The position numbers and the translations under genes were made by a program. Below are positions 18,177 through 24,779 of a stretch of 25,222 bases of DNA, in pieces. The stretch comes from a virus (taxonomy: Duplodnaviria; Caudoviricetes), in the IMG/VR virus record IMGVR_UViG_3300010362_000101, positions 1 to 25,222 of that record; one strand, 5' to 3'. The notes under the pieces are model-generated. The model made no database searches, was not told the origin of the DNA, and saw only the letters and a list, made by a program, of their open reading frames with translations. Numbering within the stretch: the stretch's first letter is position 1; each line of letters begins with the position of its first letter.

Positions 18177-20336
18177 CTAGTCCGCCGCCTCATCGCGGCC
18201 GGTGGATTTGGCGCCGGCACCGGCGCCGATGCCACCCGGCACCGCTACGTTGATCTTGATGCCCGAGGCGGCGCCGCGAATCGCCGCCGCGATGGTTGCT
18301 CCCGCCGCCGCCGCCGCGCCGCTCCAATTCACTCCGTTCAAGGTGGCGAGCGCGCCTTGCGCCGCGGCGGAGAAATTCACCCCGCTGTTGATCGTGCTGG
18401 CCACGCCGCTCGCCGCGGCTGTGAAATCGATGCCGGCGTTGATCGTCGCCGGCACGTTGGCCGCCGCCGGTGTGAAATCGAGCCCGGCGGTGATCGCCGC
18501 CGGCACACCCGCCGCGGCTTGCGTAAAATCAATCTGACTGTTGATCGCCTGCGCCAGCGTGGAGGCGGCCGGCGTGAGATCGATGCTGGAATTAATGGCC
18601 TGCGCCATGGTTGTCGCCGCCGGTGTGAGATCGATGCCGGCGAGCGCCGCAGCGAATTGCTGCGCGGCGGCCGTCATGTCCAACGCGGCCGGTGCAGCCG
18701 CCGCCGCCGCAGGCTTGGCCGCCTCTGCGGCAGTCGGCGCCGGTGCTGCCACCGCCGCGGTGAGATTGCTCTTGAATTCCGAGGCCGCGGCTTGCACCTC
18801 GCCCGCGCTCGGGAATATGCCGCCGATGTCGACCGCTGGAGTCTCCGGCAATTTCGCCGCCGAGGCCGCCGCCGCCTTGCGGCTGATCTCCTCTTGCGTT
18901 TTGGCCGCCGCCGCCGCCTTGGCATCCTCTGCGGCTTGCGCCTGTCGTTCGAGGAGCGTTTTCCCCGGTTCAATGCCGAACTTTTTGGCCGCCTCGGCGC
19001 CAAATATTTTTGAAAAGATTCCCGCCGGCCCGTACTCCCGGCCAAACTCTTGAATCTTGCTTTGCACCGTGGTGAGCCCCTGGCCGATCGCCATGAGGGT
19101 GTTGATCACCTCGGCAATCCCTTTGAGCACACTGCCGAGCCCGCTCACGGCACTGGTAAGGTCGCGGAGGATTGACGACACCTCTTGCGCTGCGGACCCG
19201 AGATCAACCGTCTTGATTGCATCCTCGATCGCCTTGAACCCTTGCGCCGCGAGATTGCCGAGATCGGTGGAGATGGTCGGCGCCTGCGTCCGCAGCCCCT
19301 CGGAAATCGTATTCATCAGCGAGGTGATTGCCGGTGCCGCGGTCTCGCCGATGATGTTCCGGAGTTGCCCCATCGTGCCAAAGAGTTCGCCGAATGCGGT
19401 GTTCAACGCCTGCGCGCTCTCAAGCCCCGCTTGCGTTGCCGTGGTCATCGACTCAAAGCGCCCCGCCGCCGCCTCGGTGGCGGCGATCGTTCCCGTGGTG
19501 CTTTCCATTACTTTTTGTTCCATGGCCCGGCCAAACGTCACCGCGATGTCTTGCCCTAGCTTCGCGATGTTCGCCTTGGCCTCGGCAATCCCCTCCGGCG
19601 TGCCCGCGGTAGCGAGCGCCTGATTCAATTGCTCTTTGATGCCGACAAAATACTTGAGCAAGCCGGTAGGCGTGAACTCGCCGCGGCCCATCATCTCGCC
19701 GATGCGTTCCTGATCGAGCCCGAGGCGTCCGAGTTCGGCGCTCGTGCGCTTGGCGCCCATGGCGTAATCGGTGGTCGCTTTCTGCACTTGAAATTGCACT
19801 TGCTCGGCTTGCTTGCCGAACAGCATGGTGGCGGTCGAGGTCTTTTTCTGTTGCGAATCCAAATCCTCGCCCGCGCGTTGCGCTTGGCCAAACGATTTGA
19901 CCATGCCCTGCGCCCACTGATCGGCGAAACTCACCGCATCACTCATCACCTTGAGTTGAACCGAAAGGCCGGCGAGCGCGACCGTGGCGGCACCAGCGGC
20001 GAGCGTAACGCCAGCCATGGCCGCATCCATCCCAAAATCCTTTAATGCCGCCGCTGATTTTGCCGTGTCAGTAGTGCGCTCCACTTTTGGCGCTTCCCAC
20101 GGTTTGGCCTCGGTGAGTTCCGGCGCCGCCCACTTGCGCATATCCTCCAGCGCCTTGCCGGCCTTGGCGCTAACATCCTGGAATGATTTGCTGGCGGCAT
20201 TGCCGGTGTCGGCAATTGTGCTGTTGACGCTGCTGGCGGCGGCCCCGAGTTCCCTGAAATCGCCGGAGAGCGCCTTGACCTTTTCCTCGCCCTGCGTCTC
20301 GGTCTTGAGGAGTGCGGTGGAGATTACATCAGCCAT
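18177..20336 (-). CDS. Tape measure protein (~720 aa)
   Basis: Ala/Gly-rich helical protein with no Cys, lying between the chaperone and gp43-like genes. C-terminal 16-17-aa repeats. Confidence 0.85.
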   Translation of the reverse strand: MADVISTALLKTETQGEEKVKALSGDFRELGAAASSVNSTIADTGNAASKSFQDVSAKAGKALEDMRKWAAPELTEAKPWEAPKVERTTDTAKSAAALKDFGMDAAMAGVTLAAGAATVALAGLSVQLKVMSDAVSFADQWAQGMVKSFGQAQRAGEDLDSQQKKTSTATMLFGKQAEQVQFQVQKATTDYAMGAKRTSAELGRLGLDQERIGEMMGRGEFTPTGLLKYFVGIKEQLNQALATAGTPEGIAEAKANIAKLGQDIAVTFGRAMEQKVMESTTGTIAATEAAAGRFESMTTATQAGLESAQALNTAFGELFGTMGQLRNIIGETAAPAITSLMNTISEGLRTQAPTISTDLGNLAAQGFKAIEDAIKTVDLGSAAQEVSSILRDLTSAVSGLGSVLKGIAEVINTLMAIGQGLTTVQSKIQEFGREYGPAGIFSKIFGAEAAKKFGIEPGKTLLERQAQAAEDAKAAAAAKTQEEISRKAAAASAAKLPETPAVDIGGIFPSAGEVQAAASEFKSNLTAAVAAPAPTAAEAAKPAAAAAAPAALDMTAAAQQFAAALAGIDLTPAATTMAQAINSSIDLTPAASTLAQAINSQIDFTQAAAGVPAAITAGLDFTPAAANVPATINAGIDFTAAASGVASTINSGVNFSAAAQGALATLNGVNWSGAAAAAGATIAAAIRGAASGIKINVAVPGGIGAGAGAKSTGRDEAAD

Positions 20337-20345
20337 GCCGGGCAC

Positions 20346-20516
20346 TCACTCGATCGTCGGCAGTCGTTTGCTCTTGGCGAGTTCCTCGGCCGCGTTGACG
20401 ATGCGCACCAGCCGGGTGATCGGGATGTCATCCCACGAGCCGGGTGGCCAGCGGAGTTGTAGCGCGATCATGGTTATAGCTTCGTCCACCTCCGCCGAGG
20501 CGCCGTGAGCTTTCCC
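20346..20516 (-). CDS. -1 frameshift extension of the tail assembly chaperone (gpGT/E'-like)
   Basis: The -1 frame is open from the slippery site GGGAAAG: GKAHGASAEVDEAITMIALQLRWPPGSWDDIPITRLVRIVNAAEELAKSKRLPTIE*. It ends just before the tape measure start. Confidence 0.8.
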   Translation of the reverse strand, partial: GKAHGASAEVDEAITMIALQLRWPPGSWDDIPITRLVRIVNAAEELAKSKRLPTIE

Positions 20517-21100
20517 ATGATTTTGCGCCTGATCGCTAGGTAGTCGACAAAATCGAGCGCATAGATGATCGAGTCGGACATCGGCATGTTGACGCCGAGC
20601 AACGTCCCATAGCCGCGCATGAACGCCGGAAAATCCTGGCCGGTTGGCGCGTCGAGAAAATCCGTAACATCGCGCATGCGCCGCGCCTGGAATTGGATTT
20701 GCTCGATCGTCATGCCATCGGAGCCGCCGTTATTGCTGCGCTCGGTGAGCTTGATCGGATGCACCAGCGTATAGGTGATTGGCTCGTTGATGCCGTCGCC
20801 CGGCGGCTCGGGGAACCCGTCCGCCTCGGTGAGCATCTCCGACAGCACGAGATTTAAATCGGTGATGTCGCCGGTGTCGATTTGATCGGCGTCAAATTCC
20901 TCCGGCGCCGAGCCGTTGGCCTTGGCGCGGCACAGATGTTTGACGAACCGTTGCGTTTGCGGCACCAGCCGGCGCGGCTCGCCTAGGATGTCGATTAGCT
21001 CGCGCGTGGTGGGGCGATACACGACAATATCGTGTGTCGTAGCGCCGCCCTTGGTGGTCACATCCTGGCGGAGTTCGAGCGTGGCATACTCGCGCGCCAT
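20474..21100 (-). CDS. Tail assembly chaperone (gpG / Mu gp41-like), apparently two tandem domains
   Basis: Lies between the tube and tape measure genes. AGGAGG RBS. Slippery heptamer near the 3' end. Confidence 0.8.
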   Translation of the reverse strand: MAREYATLELRQDVTTKGGATTHDIVVYRPTTRELIDILGEPRRLVPQTQRFVKHLCRAKANGSAPEEFDADQIDTGDITDLNLVLSEMLTEADGFPEPPGDGINEPITYTLVHPIKLTERSNNGGSDGMTIEQIQFQARRMRDVTDFLDAPTGQDFPAFMRGYGTLLGVNMPMSDSIIYALDFVDYLAIRRKIMGKLTAPRRRWTKL

Positions 21101-21115
21101 GGTGCCTCCTTAAGA

Positions 21116-21490
21116 TCACGCCGCCTGCGGCAATAGCTCCACGATCTCATCGGTGATGAGTTCGAGCGGTTGCGTGTTGTTTTTCGCGTCGTAAGGGTCC
21201 TGACTCACGTTGCTGGCGTGCTCGGTCGAAAACGTGCGGCCATCACAGAGTTCGAGCACCAGCGGCACGTTACAAATCTCCTGGAAATATCTCACGTACA
21301 TGTCGATCGGCACCACCACGGTGGCGACAATCGTCGGGTTGCGGTCCTCCCGCGTGAACTCGCCGTCATAGGTCGCCGTGCGGTTTTCGTTCGACACCAG
21401 CACGGTCACGTCGCCGTCCGACTGGAGGCGGATGGTGCGGCCCTGAATGACGAAATTCAAAACCCCTTTACATTTGATGCACGAGGCCAT
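21116..21490 (-). CDS. Tail tube protein (Mu gpM-like)
   Basis: 124-aa beta-rich protein directly after the sheath gene (GVLNFVIQGRTIRL...LVLELCDGRTF). AGGAG RBS. Confidence 0.8.
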   Translation of the reverse strand: MASCIKCKGVLNFVIQGRTIRLQSDGDVTVLVSNENRTATYDGEFTREDRNPTIVATVVVPIDMYVRYFQEICNVPLVLELCDGRTFSTEHASNVSQDPYDAKNNTQPLELITDEIVELLPQAA

Positions 21491-21502
21491 GGGTCACTCC
21501 TA

Positions 21503-23038
21503 TCAGGCCGCGATTGCGGTGGGCGGGATGCAAGCAAACTCCGGCGAGACATCGATGGAGGTTGCGATGCGCGCCAGTTGATTCACAAGATCGAGATCGA
21601 TCAAAACGTTGACGCGGTTCGGATCGCAATTGTTCGGCGTGTTCGTGCGCTCCACCCGCACCATGCGCTCAAGCTGGCCAGGGTCCTCCGCCGTCCAGCC
21701 GATTTGCGTGGCGCGTAGCCATGCCAGGATCGAGGCTTGCAAGATGCGTGGGCTCACCGCGCGTTTGCCTTGCGGGATGCGCGTGCCATCCGACACGAGA
21801 CTATGCGAGGAGTAGTTGGTGCGATACCACCAGCCGAGATCGCGCACAAACTTGGCGGTGGCGTAGCGCGACTCGACGCGTTGCCATGCGCCATCCGGCG
21901 CGCCGGTCATCGGATTGTATTTGTACGTGGTCAACGGCTCCTCGATCCACAGCGAGGTGTTGCGCACGCCGCGCGAGTTGGCCACGTCCCAATTTACAAT
22001 ACCGCTGTCATAAAATGCCCGCTTCTCCTCGGCGGTCCAAATCGTTGTACATTGCTGTTCATCGAACAGCAGGCACAGCACGCCGTTATCATACTGCACC
22101 GGGCGCGTGGGATCATAGCAAGCGGTGCAGCACACGCGTGACGCCATGGCCGCGGCCATGATGAAGCCGGGATACTTGTAGCCGGTACGCACCGGGATCA
22201 CGCATTCCTCGGGATTGTTGCGATCCATCCCATAGGCGGCGATCTGGCCGGCGGTGTCGGTGCGACTGTGGAACACGTGGCCGTCGCGGAAATCCCCTTG
22301 CACACCACAGCGCCAATTCTGCCGCACAAGCTGGATGAACGTGTTGACCGCAATCTCATCCTCGGTGCCGAGCGCGATGCAATCCCACGCGCACATCATC
22401 ACGGCCACCGCCGGGGAGATGTCAATGATGCCGACGCCGGGAGTCGTTTGCGCAAACACCACCGTGACGCCAGCGGGGAGCGCGTCACCGAAATTCGGAC
22501 TGAGGATCGGCGCAAACCAATTGGCCTCCGGCCCCTTGTTCTTGGCCGTGAGCGTGATTACGCCAGCCGCCACCGTGACGGTGAACGGCAGGTTGTTGTT
22601 TTTCTGCAATTGCGCGGCGAGCGCCGAAGCCATCGAGTCGGCAGTGGCGCCGGTCACCACGCCGACCGCATAAATCTCATCCAGGATCGCGATGGCAATG
22701 GCGCCGTTGTCGGTGGCCGGGCCGGTGATGGTGATCGTGTTCACCGCGGCGGTGGCGGTGTCGGTGTCGTTGATCGGCGAGACATAAAGCGGGAGTTCAT
22801 CGCAGCAATTGAAATGCTGTTCCGCCATGAGCGCCAGGATCGAGCCGCTCCCGAACTTGGCGCGCGCCTCATTGGTGGAATAGATACGATACCACTCGCC
22901 CGGCACGCCCTCGGCGCCGGTGAGTTGCTGGCCGATGTAGAGCGGTTTGCATAGCTCCTGGAGCGGGAGCAAGCCGGTGATGCACCATGTGAGGAAATTG
23001 CCGCGAGCCGCAGCGAGCGAGATGCGATTTTCTGCCAT
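21503..23038 (-). CDS. Contractile tail sheath protein (Mu gpL-like)
   Basis: LYIGQ, AKFGSGSILALM, ITITGPAT, VITLTAKNKG, DPTRPVQ, LTTYKYN..GAPD and DPNRVNVLIDLDLVNQL patterns. Confidence 0.93.
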   Translation of the reverse strand: MAENRISLAAARGNFLTWCITGLLPLQELCKPLYIGQQLTGAEGVPGEWYRIYSTNEARAKFGSGSILALMAEQHFNCCDELPLYVSPINDTDTATAAVNTITITGPATDNGAIAIAILDEIYAVGVVTGATADSMASALAAQLQKNNNLPFTVTVAAGVITLTAKNKGPEANWFAPILSPNFGDALPAGVTVVFAQTTPGVGIIDISPAVAVMMCAWDCIALGTEDEIAVNTFIQLVRQNWRCGVQGDFRDGHVFHSRTDTAGQIAAYGMDRNNPEECVIPVRTGYKYPGFIMAAAMASRVCCTACYDPTRPVQYDNGVLCLLFDEQQCTTIWTAEEKRAFYDSGIVNWDVANSRGVRNTSLWIEEPLTTYKYNPMTGAPDGAWQRVESRYATAKFVRDLGWWYRTNYSSHSLVSDGTRIPQGKRAVSPRILQASILAWLRATQIGWTAEDPGQLERMVRVERTNTPNNCDPNRVNVLIDLDLVNQLARIATSIDVSPEFACIPPTAIAA

Positions 23039-23063
23039 GCTAATCCCCGTGCGCGCACCCGAT

Positions 23064-23084
23064 CGGGTGAAAGCCTGTCACCCG
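23064..23084 (-). promoter_or_regulatory. Late-gene box CGGGTG-N8-TCACCCG upstream of the sheath gene
   Basis: Part of a perfect 10-bp inverted repeat (23061-23087) that overlaps the palindrome CACCCGATCGGGTG (23056-23069). Confidence 0.55.
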
Positions 23085-23120
23085 ATCATAAAACGAATGT
23101 GGCGTTCCGGCAACATTGCC

Positions 23121-23150
23121 TTGACGGCGCCACACTCACCGGCCTATAAG
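23121..23150 (+). promoter_or_regulatory. Candidate sigma70 promoter TTGACG-N18-TATAAG
   Basis: Near-consensus -35 and -10 hexamers in a GC-rich intergenic region. Confidence 0.55.
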
Positions 23151-23176
23151 GCCCGCGTTTCGTGGTCGACTTTGCC

Positions 23177-23238
23177 GGCGACGCAAGCCCCTCCCCCCTC
23201 CCGCCCCCTTAGAGCCGCTCGCGTCGCCTTTCCTTTTT
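23177..23238 (+). terminator. Stem-loop (12-bp stem, 28-nt C-rich loop) followed by TTTCCTTTTT; candidate terminator / sRNA 3' end
   Basis: GGCGACGCAAGC pairs with GCTCGCGTCGCC (one mismatch), followed by a T-rich tract. The loop is atypically large. Confidence 0.4.
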
Positions 23239-24062
23239 CACCCGAACCCGTCCGGCAATTCGAGCATGAGCCGCGCCCCCTCAGGCAGCACGGCGAACCA
23301 TTGCGCCAGCACCGCGGCCTCGCTGGCGGCGAGCATCACGCCGGCCCGCGGAAACAACCGCGCCACCGCCCGGCGCGCCAGCACCGGCACCTCTTGCGCC
23401 TCATCGATCAGCACCAGAGGGCACTCGGCCTCGGCCGTAAGCTGGCCGGCGAACACATCGGCGGCGTCAACGATGCGCGTGCGCGCCTTGAACGCGCGGT
23501 AGGTCTCGATCGCCTCCAGCACGAACGACAACGCCGGCAAGCTGTGCCCCTCGCCGATCATTTCCGCAAATAACTCCGGGGTTTGCCGCTCGGCCAGCCG
23601 CGCGCGTAGATCGAGATCGAGCACCACCACGAGATCGGCCTTGCGCTCGCGCAGAAACTTGGCCGCCTCATCCCCGGCGAGGCCGGCGGCGCGGCGGATG
23701 AGTGTCAGGTGATGTTCAATGACGCGGCGCCGATCCTGCGCCTTCACCAGCGGCAATTGCCAGGAATGCGCATGCGCCACCGCCAACACGGTCCCGGCGA
23801 GGTGCGGGAAAAACAGATCGGCCGGCGGCGTGGTCGAGCCGATCGCCTCGCCGATCGCACATTGCAGCGCGTAAGCCACCGCCCCTTCTTGCGCCAGCAC
23901 GGCCACGTGGCCGGTGGGGATCGCGAACTCTTGCAGCGCCTCGGCCGCCATGGCGGCGAGCGCCGCGGACTTGCCGGCACCGCCCACCACCCCGGCGGCA
24001 AACCGGCGCCGAGCTACCACGAGCGGGCGCACCGCTACCGCGGCGGCTCGACTATCGGTCAC
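23238..24062 (-). CDS. Degenerate UvrD/Rep-like helicase N-terminal half (start uncertain)
   Basis: Walker A-like GGAGKS, YRAFKARTRIVDAADV, Walker B LVLIDEAQE. Ends around the motif IV position. Confidence 0.55.
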   Translation of the reverse strand: MTDSRAAAVAVRPLVVARRRFAAGVVGGAGKSAALAAMAAEALQEFAIPTGHVAVLAQEGAVAYALQCAIGEAIGSTTPPADLFFPHLAGTVLAVAHAHSWQLPLVKAQDRRRVIEHHLTLIRRAAGLAGDEAAKFLRERKADLVVVLDLDLRARLAERQTPELFAEMIGEGHSLPALSFVLEAIETYRAFKARTRIVDAADVFAGQLTAEAECPLVLIDEAQEVPVLARRAVARLFPRAGVMLAASEAAVLAQWFAVLPEGARLMLELPDGFG

Positions 24063-24067
24063 CTGTG

Positions 24068-24088
24068 CGGGTATAAACGGATCACCCG
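24068..24088 (+). promoter_or_regulatory. Late-gene box CGGGTA-N8-TCACCCG upstream of terS
   Basis: Third copy of the box, immediately 5' of the GGGGAGG RBS. Confidence 0.55.
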
Positions 24089-24102
24089 AAGGGGAGGTGC
24101 GC

Positions 24103-24561
24103 ATGGCGCAGATTATCTCCCTAAACGATCCAACCGCCAGCCTGGAGCGTGACCGCAAGGCGTTCCGGCTCCGGCTGGCCGGCGGCTCGGTGCGCGCAAT
24201 CGCCGAGGAACTCGGTTGCTCCACCGATGAGGTCGAGTCGGCCCTCGCCCGATGTATGGGCGCGGTCACACCCGGCATGCGCCAACGCGCCATCCAACTT
24301 GAACTCGATCGCCTCGATGCCTTGCAAAAGGGTCACTACGAGAAAGCATGCGCCGGTGACGTGGACGCTACCGCGATCTCGCTCAAAATCATGGAGTTGC
24401 GCGCGAAAATGCTCGGCCTGATCGCACCGCAGCGCAGCGATGATGTTCTCGGCCGCGCGCTCGCCGACAAACAGGAAAACACCACCGACCGCATTCGCCG
24501 CGCGCTCGATCTCATCGTCAACGGCAAAGAGATCGATGGCGAGGTGGTCAAAGAGGAGTAG
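24103..24561 (+). CDS. terS: Putative terminase small subunit (HTH)
   Basis: GGGGAGG RBS. HTH AFRLRLAGGSVRAIAEELGCS followed by LELDRLDAL...LKIMELRAKMLGL. Lies upstream of terL. Confidence 0.7.
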   Translation: MAQIISLNDPTASLERDRKAFRLRLAGGSVRAIAEELGCSTDEVESALARCMGAVTPGMRQRAIQLELDRLDALQKGHYEKACAGDVDATAISLKIMELRAKMLGLIAPQRSDDVLGRALADKQENTTDRIRRALDLIVNGKEIDGEVVKEE

Positions 24562-24566
24562 GTGTC

Positions 24567-24779
24567 ATGGGTGTTCTGACCGCGGCCAAGCGCAACCGCC
24601 TGAGGAGCAATCAATTCGCGCTCCCCGGCTCGCGCCGCTTTCCCGTGCACACGCGGCGCCACGCCGCCAACGCCAAAGCCCGCGCTACGCAACAATACAA
24701 CCGCGGCAACATCTCCCGATCAACGCGCGACAAGATTCACGCCAAGGCCAACCGGGTATTGCGACGCAAGAAACGATGA
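24567..24779 (+). CDS. Small highly basic protein (70 aa)
   Basis: 21 Arg/Lys and 1 acidic residue. QFALPGSRRFP...HAANAKARATQ motif. ATGA overlap with terL. Confidence 0.75.
   Translation: MGVLTAAKRNRLRSNQFALPGSRRFPVHTRRHAANAKARATQQYNRGNISRSTRDKIHAKANRVLRRKKR

Noticed and set aside
10779-23038. Tailocin, eCIS or transposable Mu-like phage
   Set aside because: The adjacent terminase, tyrosine integrase and att site indicate an integrating phage. No Mu A/B transposase or eCIS-specific genes were seen in the window.
23238-24090. 9-bp direct repeat TCACCCGAA (23238-23246, 24082-24090) as a target-site duplication around the helicase-like ORF
   Set aside because: The right copy is explained by the late-gene box and the left copy overlaps a stop codon. 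There is no transposase or terminal inverted repeat, so it may be chance or a lone half-site.
23914-24102. Extended N-termini from the ORF track (terS from 23914, helicase-like ORF from 24293, secreted protein from 4167)
   Set aside because: They overlap neighbouring genes. For terS and the secreted protein, downstream starts with clear RBSs (24103, 4314) fit better; the helicase-like start at 24062 is only a best guess.
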